The translations under genes and the position numbers were made by a program. A stretch of DNA of 64,000 nucleotides. Origin: a virus. The notes under the pieces were generated by a model. It had not been told where the DNA came from, ran no database searches, and saw nothing but the letters and a program-made list of their open reading frames with translations. The stretch lies in IMG/VR virus record IMGVR_UViG_3300025122_000006. The stretch is one strand, 5' to 3'. This document shows positions 7,901-15,936 of the stretch, one piece after another. Within the stretch, counting starts at the first letter, position 1. Each line of letters begins with the position of its first letter.

Positions 7901-10253
7901 CGCCATCTTTAAATAGAATATCTGCACCGTCGGCGTCTAAAACGATATCGCCGGCAGAGTCTAGTGTAATTGTGGTTGCATCAACCTCAAAAGTGCCGTC
8001 TGCTGTGATTTGAATGTTCGCTGCCGCAGCATCATCGTCAGTTGTCTCGATTGTGAATGCGCCATGTTGTGCCATGGTCATAACAACCTTATCACCAGTA
8101 TCTTGATCATCATGAATGGTTAATGTTGTATTATCAACATCAAAATCAAAAATAGTTAATGTACCGTCGTCCATTGTGATATTGCCACCATCAGCAGAAA
8201 GAATGATATCATTAGCAGAGTCTAATGTAATGTCAGCAGCCATGCCGCTTGTAATTATAATGTCTGCTCTCGTTCCCTCTGAGTTGGGAGAAGAGCCAGA
8301 TAATTCTAAAGCAGCACTGTTATTTTTGATTGCCCCGATTAAAACACCGCCATCTTTAAATAGAAGGTCATTTCCCTGGGCGTCTAAAATAATATCTCCG
8401 GCAGAGTCTAGTGTAATTGTGGTTGCATCAACCTCAAAAGTGCCGTCTGCTGTGATTTGAATGTTCGCTGCCGCAGCATCATCATCGGTTGTGATAATTG
8501 AAAATGCTCCGTGTTGAGCCATAGTCATAACAACTTTATCACCAGTATCTTGGTCATCATGAATGGTAAATCTTGTATTATCAACATCAAAATCAAAAAT
8601 AGTTAATGTACCATCATCCATTGTAACATTGCCACCGTCAGCAGAAAGAATGATATCATTAGCAGCGTCCAATGTAATGTCAGCAGTCATTCCACTTGTA
8701 AGTATTATATCTCCGCTGCCGGCAGCAACGCCGGAGCCAGATATTTCTAAAGCATTACTGCTGTTCTTTAATGCTCCAATTAAAACGCCACCATCTTTAA
8801 ATAGAACATCAGCGCCGTCGGCATCAAGAATGATATCGCCAGCAGCATCCAACGTAATATCAGCACCACAGTCAATAGTAAGATTGCCGCCATCAGCTAC
8901 AACAAAAGAGGTTACATCAACTGCTTCTTCGCCATTATCAGCTACAAGAGTGAGCACCGCTCCCGTGTCCTGCCCAGCCGTCAATGTAATCCCTGAACCA
9001 CTTACATACAAACTACCGGTAAGTTCATGACCGCTGACGCTGCTGAATTTTGCATATTGAGTTCCGCCATCTTTAAATGTGATATCCGCCCCATCAGCAT
9101 CGAGAATGATGTCCCCACCAGCATCAAGTAAAATATCCACGCCGGAAACTAAATTAATATCTGCACCATTGAAATGCTTCAGATCTGCTCCGTCGGAGTG
9201 AATGTAAGTACCTGACCCTCCAAATTCAATTTTCTTCGTTCCAGCCATCAATAATGAATTCGCGGAAGTGTCAAAACGAGCGATTTCAGTAGAAGTGTTA
9301 GCATGGAAGATTATATCTTTATTTGTAACTGACGATGAAAGAATTGCATCGCCACCGATTGATGCGGTCAAAACAAGAACATTTGTGCCGCCTCTACTGA
9401 AGGAAACGTCTCCTCCCTGTCCTGCTCCAAAATCAAGCTTCAGCTTACGAGAAGACACAATATCTAAATCGGTACCATCACCACCAATATATTCTCCAGT
9501 ATTTCCAAATTGAATTTTTTGGCTAGAAGCAACGAACGTTGTACCAGACAGGTTTATATTACCGCCATCAAATAATTGAAATACAGAAGTGGTTCCATCT
9601 AGTAAATCTAAAATTTTTCCGGTACCATCTTGTCTAACCGCTAAAGCAGGTTGAGTATTTGAGGTGTGGTCATCGTGGATGAAAGTCAGGGGAGCTGCAC
9701 CAGCTTCAGCGATATTTCTGGTAAATTTGGCAGCATAACCATTTGTAATATCTTGAGAGCAATAAAGTGGTCTATATCCTAAAATATAAACAGCCGGATG
9801 ACTGGTTGATTCAGAATCAATATAAAGAGCATTGTAGCCGCCAGTTTCATCAAAATCAATATTTATTCCTTTGATGTTCTCCGTATCAGCAACTCTTATG
9901 TCCAATTTGGTAGTTGGCTGGGTGCTTACAGATGAAGCAATTGCTACTTTTCCAACAAAAATGTGTGTATCGTCAGTTGTATCACCAAATTCGGTGGATC
10001 CCGTCGCTGAGATATTTGTTATAGTTTTGTTATGGTGATTAACATTGATTATATCAGCATTAATAGTGCCGCTAACAAACATGGCTCCCGTGAGAAACAA
10101 TTCAGAATTACAATGATCCCAAATTAAATTTCTACTGCCGGATAGCGTAGTGCCGCCCGTTGACCACTGTAGAGAGCCGGAGCAAGAGGTTCCGTGACCA
10201 CCTGATCCGCTTATAATATTTGATGGTACATATGCCCAGCCGAATTCTGCCAT
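4974..10253 (-). CDS. long tail fibre / receptor-binding protein with internal repeats
   Basis: 1759 aa, G/A/T/D/S-rich; repeated DIILDADGADILFKDGG units, DVDFRVE and RVGVGTSSP fibre motifs. Confidence 0.85.
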   Translation of the reverse strand: MAEFGWAYVPSNIISGSGGHGTSCSGSLQWSTGGTTLSGSRNLIWDHCNSELFLTGAMFVSGTINADIINVNHHNKTITNISATGSTEFGDTTDDTHIFVGKVAIASSVSTQPTTKLDIRVADTENIKGINIDFDETGGYNALYIDSESTSHPAVYILGYRPLYCSQDITNGYAAKFTRNIAEAGAAPLTFIHDDHTSNTQPALAVRQDGTGKILDLLDGTTSVFQLFDGGNINLSGTTFVASSQKIQFGNTGEYIGGDGTDLDIVSSRKLKLDFGAGQGGDVSFSRGGTNVLVLTASIGGDAILSSSVTNKDIIFHANTSTEIARFDTSANSLLMAGTKKIEFGGSGTYIHSDGADLKHFNGADINLVSGVDILLDAGGDIILDADGADITFKDGGTQYAKFSSVSGHELTGSLYVSGSGITLTAGQDTGAVLTLVADNGEEAVDVTSFVVADGGNLTIDCGADITLDAAGDIILDADGADVLFKDGGVLIGALKNSSNALEISGSGVAAGSGDIILTSGMTADITLDAANDIILSADGGNVTMDDGTLTIFDFDVDNTRFTIHDDQDTGDKVVMTMAQHGAFSIITTDDDAAAANIQITADGTFEVDATTITLDSAGDIILDAQGNDLLFKDGGVLIGAIKNNSAALELSGSSPNSEGTRADIIITSGMAADITLDSANDIILSADGGNITMDDGTLTIFDFDVDNTTLTIHDDQDTGDKVVMTMAQHGAFTIETTDDDAAAANIQITADGTFEVDATTITLDSAGDIVLDADGADILFKDGGVLIGAFKNNSSALEISGSGVAAGSGDIILTSGMTADITLDAANDIILDADGADILFKDGGVLIGAFKNNSSALEISGSGVAAGSGDIILTSGMTADITLDAANDIILDADGADIIFKDGGTAIATFTNSSSDFLIKQNVNAKDIIFQQDDGTETLRLTNAGSAKFVASVSMKEQSAAVSDTAAYGQLWVRDAAPNQLYFTTDAGDDIQLTSGTVLSVTASVALDDLSDASFSSGDLTITALDKLTTSAAAHDTAGTAVVIQAGTTTAGTTNNIAGGSLTLAGGQGKGSGAGGDIVFQTANEGGSGSSLNALATALTISDDLSSTFVGVVDITNTTDASDNSGDTGALRVEGGVSIAKKLYVGTACDIAGTLTVAQYVGHTGDANTRLNFTPDALYIEAGGLEMMHFVEAAQDAVTINDGGGDVDFRVETSGESHMLFVEGSSNRISIGDSTDAVAATLEVTNANDGGVPLLQLNSNDTDQIAVDINAANIDANVLDITAAAVTTGYIVNITSSALTTGQMLRLESTSPSTDNRALAVIVNENAEATGCISLAVRNDAAMASGRPTVLFQDTAANTEAILELRNSNVATDKPAILKFNRSDATAEADDMSLGQIDFYGVDAGDNSTQYAKILARASDVTANDEAGELKFYVMCHTGSTVGDHNTTLTEALHIGGNDAAAGTSTTVQVNQSNADIDFMVRGTNINGLLRTDAANDRVGVGTSSPGALLEIEQGSAGGDTAFLIDNDDTDQIAMSIEAANIDADVIDIVADAVTTARAIDIQCDGLTTGNMIGLDSNSAEADTRNLMFIVNNHASATGATNLYMRNDAGVGIMTAEGKSGAAMTLTIKEVAITISTSGTTTTSSNFFPALAMPLALSIRVTTAISAGHHITKIGTDTIDDLFAGGDASGGALNNGVLDELNDLLSMAITSAGPYSAAGGATAGINAAQDLVIETAGTATQGVVRAVLYYWDITPPTS
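7588..7928. repeat. 180-bp-period tandem duplication inside the fibre gene
   Basis: 7588-7748 is identical to 7768-7928; a third near-identical copy lies at about 8660-8800. Confidence 0.9.
7951..8670. repeat. 447-bp-period duplication inside the fibre gene
   Basis: The block from 7951 (ccggcagagtctagtgtaattgtggttgcatcaacc...) recurs at 8398; the protein repeat MDDGTLTIFDFDVDNT...TADGTFEVDATTITLDSAGD occurs twice. Confidence 0.85.
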
Positions 10254-10275
10254 TTAAAAACTCCCCATTAAATCA

Positions 10276-11100
10276 TTATACCGCGCTGTCATCTATAGAT
10301 CTCCAGGCGGAACCATTGTATAAGTTAAGCTTGTTCGTGGTAATGTTATAGATCAAGCAACCGCCGGCTTGTTTAGTAAGGGCATCTCTTTGTGTTGTTG
10401 TCATTCTAGGTGCCGGTATTGAAGAAGAAAGTACAGTTACAACTTGAACTAGAGCATTGATATTTTGATCAGGCTGCGAGCCGAATCCAACTTGATTAGT
10501 TTCACAACGTGTGCGAATCAGATTATTCACATCTTGTCCTCGAACAATGAAATCAACATCGGCTGCATTTTGGCGATTGATTTGCAAAGCGAAGGCGCGT
10601 TGCCCGGCAGCCGTGTCTTCCATTCCAAAAACCATACATTCCGTAAGAGAAGAATTGCCGTGCCTTCCTCCGATCATAGCAGAGAAAACAACTTCGCCGG
10701 CTTCATCATCTACAGTAACATCAGAACTGTATGCTGAAATGCTAGCATACTTTATTGCAGCATTTGCTGCATTATGTCCATAAAATTCAATTGAACCCAG
10801 TGCCATGTCATCTGCCTCGGCTGTTGTGTCTGCTCTATTAAATCTTAAGATTGGTGGTTTATCTGTTGCAGCATTTGAATTTCTTAATTCAAGCAATGGG
10901 TTGGTTTCAGCAGCAGTGCTTTCAACAACCACGGTTCCCTCTGCAGCGATGGCATCGTTTCTGACATATAGGGGCCTCGCAGCGACAGCATCTACGTGAT
11001 TAGTAATGACAGATACAACATTGCGAGCGCTCGTGCTATCACTGTTATCGTCAACTGCCAAATATGGCGGATTTGTTCTTGATGGTTTAAAGCTTCCCAT
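10276..11100 (-). CDS. short tail-fibre-like protein
   Basis: Shares the LELRNSN.ATDKP.IL.FNR.D.TAEADDM.LG.I.FYG module with 4974..10253; C-terminal PRMTTTQRDAL...LIYNITTNKLNLYNGSAW fibre motif. Confidence 0.8.
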   Translation of the reverse strand: MGSFKPSRTNPPYLAVDDNSDSTSARNVVSVITNHVDAVAARPLYVRNDAIAAEGTVVVESTAAETNPLLELRNSNAATDKPPILRFNRADTTAEADDMALGSIEFYGHNAANAAIKYASISAYSSDVTVDDEAGEVVFSAMIGGRHGNSSLTECMVFGMEDTAAGQRAFALQINRQNAADVDFIVRGQDVNNLIRTRCETNQVGFGSQPDQNINALVQVVTVLSSSIPAPRMTTTQRDALTKQAGGCLIYNITTNKLNLYNGSAWRSIDDSAV

Positions 11101-11119
11101 TATTTATCTCCTAATTTTG

Positions 11120-11332
11120 TCATAATTGAAATGTTTGTCCAGCAACACCATCATCAAACATCGTTAATGTTTGTCCGCTAGCGTGAGTCTTAAATAAGTT
11201 GCCATTTGCAACCGAAGGAGTGGTATCAGATGCACTAAAAGTTACAAAAGTTTCAGATGTTCCGCTAAATGATGATCTTCCTCCCACCGTTAAGGATGGC
11301 AATTTTGTTCTTGATGGTGTAAATATTCCCAT
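11120..11332 (-). CDS. short fibre-associated protein, possibly truncated
   Basis: N-terminus MGIFTPSRT parallels MGSFKPSRT of the next gene; the beta-rich segment ends abruptly. Confidence 0.5.
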   Translation of the reverse strand: MGIFTPSRTKLPSLTVGGRSSFSGTSETFVTFSASDTTPSVANGNLFKTHASGQTLTMFDDGVAGQTFQL

Positions 11333-11347
11333 AGTTTATCCCCATTA

Positions 11348-11809
11348 TTAACTCGTTATCCCGGATCCTGTTAGCGTATACATACTTCCGGTTGGTATTT
11401 GTGTTAATTCCGCAAATACTTGGTAACTCAAATCATCATTGCCTGATCGATTTGAGATATACAAAAATTTAGATTTCACATCCATAGTAAGAGAAGCATT
11501 CCCGGCTGGAATCGTTATATAATTATTGTTCTTTGCTACGTCTGAAGTAGCGGTGATGGTACCAATACCTCCGCCTTTTGGTGAAGCAGTAATCGGGGAT
11601 CCCTCCGAAAAATGAATATCTAAATCATACCCATTCGTTGTTGAAGTATTAATAACCGTTATGGACTTTGTTACATATGGAAATGAAATTCTGTGAACTT
11701 TTCCATCATCTAAGTTCGCTGAACCCGTCATAAACGGGGTTCCGGAAACTTGATAAGACCCTACATTTCTTAATCCTACATATCCGTGTTGACTTGTATA
11801 AGTTGCCAT
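11348..11809 (-). CDS. probable virion structural protein
   Basis: AGGAG SD, late motif upstream, GLRNVGSYQVSG motif, beta-rich with TGS tripeptides. Confidence 0.6.
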   Translation of the reverse strand: MATYTSQHGYVGLRNVGSYQVSGTPFMTGSANLDDGKVHRISFPYVTKSITVINTSTTNGYDLDIHFSEGSPITASPKGGGIGTITATSDVAKNNNYITIPAGNASLTMDVKSKFLYISNRSGNDDLSYQVFAELTQIPTGSMYTLTGSGITS

Positions 11810-11827
11810 AATAATTCTCCTGCAAAT

Positions 11828-11835
11828 TAATTAGT
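11828..11835 (-). promoter_or_regulatory. putative late promoter motif ACTAATTA
   Basis: 18 nt upstream of the ATG at 11809, heading the fibre cluster. Confidence 0.55.
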
Positions 11836-11842
11836 TTTCAAA

Positions 11843-12058
11843 TTAATTTTGTTGCTTCTCCCTTTTGCGTTGTTCTTTTTTGTGTCTTGCAATTGCTCGT
11901 TTTTTTGCTAATCTTTTTTTGGTGGTCGGTTTCGTATAATAACGTTTTTCTTTAAATTCGTCAATAATACCAAGTTTCTTGCATTTCTTTATAAATCGTT
12001 TTATAAAACGATTTGGGTCTTCATTTTTTCTTGGCTTTTCTATATGATTTATAGACAT
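11843..12058 (-). CDS. rpsU: phage-encoded ribosomal protein bS21
   Basis: 71 aa, highly basic; NED..RFIKRFIKKCKKLGIIDEFKEKRYYTKPTTKKRLAKKRA matches the bS21 pattern. Confidence 0.85.
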   Translation of the reverse strand: MSINHIEKPRKNEDPNRFIKRFIKKCKKLGIIDEFKEKRYYTKPTTKKRLAKKRAIARHKKEQRKREKQQN

Positions 12059-12059
12059 T

Positions 12060-12485
12060 TTAATTTCCTGCTAATTTTTTCCAATGTTTACGTGACCCAA
12101 AACTGGAAATATCAATCCCAGGATCACTAGGCGCCATGCCGTCAAGTGCGCTTGATCCATACGGAGAAGAGGGGGATCTTGGAGCCGACATAGGTGTGGT
12201 TCCTTCAAAAATATTTACACCATTGTAAGTGTCTTTTCCGATTGCATCAAGAATTTTTTTTCTATTTTCTTGGAGTTGATTTTGTTTTTTTTGTCTTCGT
12301 GTTTTCGCCTCTTCATCAGATTCAAGTGTAGGTTTTTGTTTTGTTTCATAAACCATTTGTTTCGTAGAAGTTCCTCTTATAACTTCAGAAATAATAGTTG
12401 AAAGAGTGCCTTCTTCAAAAATAACTTCTTTAATGCACTCTTTAATTAACGGTTTCAAAATTTTTTTTAATTCTTCTTTTTTCAT
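12060..12485 (-). CDS. head-module hypothetical protein with variant leader (MKKEELKKILKPLIKECIKEVIFEE)
   Basis: ORF in the head operon with an amphipathic I-x-E-rich N-terminus. Confidence 0.7.
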   Translation of the reverse strand: MKKEELKKILKPLIKECIKEVIFEEGTLSTIISEVIRGTSTKQMVYETKQKPTLESDEEAKTRRQKKQNQLQENRKKILDAIGKDTYNGVNIFEGTTPMSAPRSPSSPYGSSALDGMAPSDPGIDISSFGSRKHWKKLAGN

Positions 12486-12493
12486 TAGAACCT

Positions 12494-12796
12494 CTATTGT
12501 TTATATTGACTGTAGGAATGTCTTTCTGCTTGGAAGGCACCTTGGATTTTTGCAATCTCGACTTCTATTATAGAAATACTTTGACCAAGCCCAGATAGAT
12601 TAGACTCATCATCAGCTGAATACTCATGAGTCGTTTCACTGCCGGCGATTAGTTTGAGTTGTTCGGTTGCTTCTTTTAATTTATCAATTGCTTCTTGCGC
12701 CTTTGCTTGTTCCGATGCAACCTGTTCCTCTGGATAAAAATTTTCTTTTAATTCTTCCTTTATAATTTGAGTTAATCTTTTTTTACTGATCTTCAC
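12494..12796 (-). CDS. leader-bearing small protein (MKISKKRLTQIIKEEL)
   Basis: GTG start; shared N-terminal motif. Confidence 0.7.
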   Translation of the reverse strand: MKISKKRLTQIIKEELKENFYPEEQVASEQAKAQEAIDKLKEATEQLKLIAGSETTHEYSADDESNLSGLGQSISIIEVEIAKIQGAFQAERHSYSQYKQ

Positions 12797-12798
12797 AA

Positions 12799-13407
12799 TT
12801 AATCCCCCAAAATCTTTTTAAATAAATCATTGATACTATTCTCTTTAACCTCACGAAGGCGAGTCGTCATGGAACTTTGGCCACTTGGATAAACATATGC
12901 GTCTGGAGTCGAAGGCTCCGATACTATATCAAAGCAAATCAATTGAAAATCATTCTCAACAACAGTTTGTCCAGCGCTTTCTTTAACAGACCCCAAGCCT
13001 CTAGACGAAATACCAAGTTTAACTCCGGCATTAATAAGATCTTTAAGAATCCGGCCAGAAGGAGTATCGAGAACTTTGAGTTTACCCATCACATTTTTAC
13101 CTTCCCACCAAATATCAGTTGCAATGTGAGAAACATTTTTAAGATTAACAACAGAATCATCCGGGTGATCTAATTCTCCACACGCACGACTGTCTTTAAC
13201 AATCTTCATATAATTATCCATTTCTCTTTTAAGAACTTCATAGGGGTAAACACGACCATTCCCATTTTGTTTATCGGCGGTCTGAAGCTTTCCCGACAAA
13301 TAAAGAACGCCATTTTGCACTTCTCTTCTTTCTTTCTCGGACAGAAGATCTTGGCAAACACCGCCTTCACATAAGGCATAAAATTCTCGTAATAGTTTCT
13401 TTTTCAT
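12799..13407 (-). CDS. gp21: prohead core protease, T4 gp21 family
   Basis: NGNGRVYP, GELDHP, VSH, LDTPSG, GISSRGLGS, FDIVSEPSTPDA motifs. Confidence 0.95.
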   Translation of the reverse strand: MKKKLLREFYALCEGGVCQDLLSEKERREVQNGVLYLSGKLQTADKQNGNGRVYPYEVLKREMDNYMKIVKDSRACGELDHPDDSVVNLKNVSHIATDIWWEGKNVMGKLKVLDTPSGRILKDLINAGVKLGISSRGLGSVKESAGQTVVENDFQLICFDIVSEPSTPDAYVYPSGQSSMTTRLREVKENSINDLFKKILGD

Positions 13408-13408
13408 T

Positions 13409-13636
13409 TTATCCTTTACATGCGTCCAATCTATTGTTAATCGTGTCTATAATCATCATCTTCATACCCGGATCGGTGGAACGATCATTTTGGATTTCGG
13501 CTTTGAGCCATTCTCCATCTTCGATTAATTCATCGCAGGAATAATCATAAATTTCATCAACGGTATAACTTTCTTTCAAAGTTTTACCAAGTTCTTCTTT
13601 AATAAGTTGAATTAATTTTCTTTTTGTAATTTTCAT
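13409..13636 (-). CDS. leader-bearing small acidic protein (MKITKRKLIQLIKEEL)
   Basis: GAGG SD; shared N-terminal motif. Confidence 0.7.
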   Translation of the reverse strand: MKITKRKLIQLIKEELGKTLKESYTVDEIYDYSCDELIEDGEWLKAEIQNDRSTDPGMKMMIIDTINNRLDACKG

Positions 13637-13680
13637 TTTCTTTCCTCAAATAAAAGACTTGCCGGCGCTACCGGCGCGAT

Positions 13681-13740
13681 TCACTTTCCGCTGCAGCAAC
13701 GGCGAACGGGCTGAAACATCCATCGTTTAATCGTCAACAT
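13681..13740 (-). CDS. 19-aa peptide MLTIKRWMFQPVRRCCSGK (not in ORF track)
   Basis: Strong GGAGGTG SD just upstream; overlaps the end of the upstream gene; followed by a GCCGG/CCGGC hairpin (13661-13675). Confidence 0.45.
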   Translation of the reverse strand: MLTIKRWMFQPVRRCCSGK

Positions 13741-14056
13741 AATCACCTCCTGATCTCGACGATACTCTCAAACCAAAGTCATCGACGATCATCGAGAGTA
13801 AATAAGTTGTCCCGCTTCCCAAACAAGATAGGCAGAACATATTCCCTAAAGAATATTCAAATGTAAATAGTTCTGTATAGTCATTTATACAAAATAAAAA
13901 CATCGATGCCCAAAAGCCCATGCACAATGTACAGTGAAAAAGCCAAGTCCATTTTTTGCTTGGATCTTTTTTTGGTCTTATATTACTGAAGATAGACCCA
14001 TAGACCAGAATAAAAGTAAGCCCATAAGCAGTCAAAATAAAATTTAATAAATTCAT
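13727..14056 (-). CDS. small membrane protein with CxxC (DUF1360-like)
   Basis: Three hydrophobic segments and LFHCTLCMGFW motif. Confidence 0.65.
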   Translation of the reverse strand: MNLLNFILTAYGLTFILVYGSIFSNIRPKKDPSKKWTWLFHCTLCMGFWASMFLFCINDYTELFTFEYSLGNMFCLSCLGSGTTYLLSMIVDDFGLRVSSRSGGDYVDD

Positions 14057-14100
14057 ATTACCTCATCTTAAACCATTTTTTGAACTCTTCAGGGGCTTCA

Positions 14101-14679
14101 CTAATAAGAATATCTACCATAAAGATAAGGAGCAAAAAGATTATGTTGATACATAGATCCTTTCTTTTCTTCGTGAGGAACTTCACCTAATTCGGTTGAA
14201 TATTCATTATCCGGATCAATTAGAGCATCGTCTTGAAGATCATCATAAGCGGTTGTGCCTGTAATATAAGGCTGCTCTGTCTCCATCCATTCAGAAATTT
14301 TTAATAGAGTGACCTTCACAGGATCGTGTGTAGCGGAGTTCATTATTAGACCTTCAAGAGAACCATATACATTTCCTCCTTTAATAGAATCATGATTAAT
14401 AACCCCTTGGCTCCTTAAATACTCAAGGAGTCTAGATTCTGCACCGTATACAGCATCTGACATTACCTCTTTGGCAAATGTAATAATTTTTTTGGATGTT
14501 GGTTGTACCACAATATCAATATCTTTATGATCTAAAATCATTAGATCACCGTTTAAAGCATTGCGGAGATTTAAATTGAATTCAATTCTATCTTTCTCAA
14601 CAATTTCAATTGTTATACTTCGTTCTTCTGGTGTTGGTTCGACTATTTCTTCTGGTTCAATATTAATTTTGACTGCCAT
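14101..14679 (-). CDS. hypothetical head-module protein; start re-called at 14679 (MAVKINIE)
   Basis: GGAGG SD at 14689-14693. Confidence 0.65.
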   Translation of the reverse strand: MAVKINIEPEEIVEPTPEERSITIEIVEKDRIEFNLNLRNALNGDLMILDHKDIDIVVQPTSKKIITFAKEVMSDAVYGAESRLLEYLRSQGVINHDSIKGGNVYGSLEGLIMNSATHDPVKVTLLKISEWMETEQPYITGTTAYDDLQDDALIDPDNEYSTELGEVPHEEKKGSMYQHNLFAPYLYGRYSY

Positions 14680-15484
14680 TCTTTGATACCTCCGCAATTA
14701 AATCTTGAATATAAAAAACTTCCTCAATCATTTGCTGATTTATTGGAGTTTTTGCATAGTTGTCCAGCTTTACCTTAACTTTTTTAAAATTTTCACTATT
14801 AGGGTTAGTTGACCCTTCTACAATCTGCTGCTGCACGGCGTTCTTGAGGCGGCCAAGCTCCTCGTTTAAAAAACTTTTAAGACCCAATCCATTATCGGAA
14901 AATGAAACGATATAATTTGTTAACAAATCTTTTTGTTCTTTTCTTAATGTTCTTTCATAAGCGTTATTGAACTTGTTTACAAAAGTTTTGTATTCAAGAT
15001 TATCGAGATGCTTCATTTCTGTTAAAGTATTCTCTTTCCCTCCCAGAAATTTAATTAAATTATTCTCGAGTATAATTCTTTTTTTGGCCGTGAGTTTATT
15101 ATTTTGAAAAAATAAACCTAGGGAAGCCATATCTTTATAATTTGGAACAAAATTAGAAAAAACAGTATGCCCTAATTGCTTGTTGATCTTGTTAATAAGA
15201 TTTGTTTGAGAATTAAAGATCTGCTTTCGATCAAGTCCATAGAAGTCTTTTTTGGTTTCCTCGAGCAATTTGCGAGAGAAACTTTCTTGTAATTCTTTAC
15301 TTTCCAAGAGCGAGTTATATAATGTGAGTTCTTCACGTAGGACGCCCCCTTTGTAAAAGAATTCTTTTAGTATTTTCTTTGTAATTGTTTGTCTTTTTTT
15401 GTCTTCTCGGACGATTGCTCTTGTTAATTCTTTTATTAGGCATTCGTAAAGAAAAGCGGTATTTCTTTTCTTATTGTGTTTCAT
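14663..15484 (-). CDS. hypothetical helical protein downstream of the portal (possible prohead core component)
   Basis: 273-aa ORF starting MKHNKKRNTAFLYECL; synteny only. Confidence 0.65.
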   Translation of the reverse strand: MKHNKKRNTAFLYECLIKELTRAIVREDKKRQTITKKILKEFFYKGGVLREELTLYNSLLESKELQESFSRKLLEETKKDFYGLDRKQIFNSQTNLINKINKQLGHTVFSNFVPNYKDMASLGLFFQNNKLTAKKRIILENNLIKFLGGKENTLTEMKHLDNLEYKTFVNKFNNAYERTLRKEQKDLLTNYIVSFSDNGLGLKSFLNEELGRLKNAVQQQIVEGSTNPNSENFKKVKVKLDNYAKTPINQQMIEEVFYIQDLIAEVSKNGSQN

Positions 15485-15504
15485 GCTTCTTTCCTTTTCA
15501 TTTT

Positions 15505-15936
15505 TTAATAATCGTAATAGCCACGGCCGCCTTCATCTGGGGCTTCGAAAGCGTCATCCATATCCTCAACTTCTTCGGCAATTTCTTTTGAAAGTTCTTC
15601 GCTTATTCCAACCGTGGTTCCAGGAGGAACCTTGACTTGGCGCATTTTGCCGCCATCGTCTTTCCCGAAGATGCCCTCAAGTTTTAAATCATATCCGGAA
15701 TAGTCTCCTTGCAAAAGATCCATTATATCCAGATCATCAATCATTCCCGTACACTCAATATCAATTGTGTTTCCGGTGTTTAATGTAATCTCAATTGACA
15801 AACATCTACATTCGTCCACCATATCTGGATACTCTACCGTTGCTGATACGGCTTGCAACTGTCCCCCGTCTTCATTAAGGACGCCTTGCATTTCTTCCTT
15901 GATAATTTGTTTTAACTGTTTATTCGTTAATTTCAT
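15505..15936 (-). CDS. leader-bearing acidic protein (MKLTNKQLKQIIKEEM); alternative start 15945
   Basis: Shared N-terminal motif; overlaps the portal stop. Confidence 0.7.
   Translation of the reverse strand: MKLTNKQLKQIIKEEMQGVLNEDGGQLQAVSATVEYPDMVDECRCLSIEITLNTGNTIDIECTGMIDDLDIMDLLQGDYSGYDLKLEGIFGKDDGGKMRQVKVPPGTTVGISEELSKEIAEEVEDMDDAFEAPDEGGRGYYDY

Noticed and set aside
7561-8830. Fibre repeats as a CRISPR array or DGR template/variable pair
   Set aside because: They are in-frame coding repeats without spacers; differences are mostly synonymous rather than adenine-specific, and no reverse transcriptase or cas gene is in the window.
13661-13683. UGA plus hairpin as a selenocysteine insertion signal
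   Set aside because: The stem is only 5 bp and readthrough would add just a short featureless peptide; no supporting evidence.
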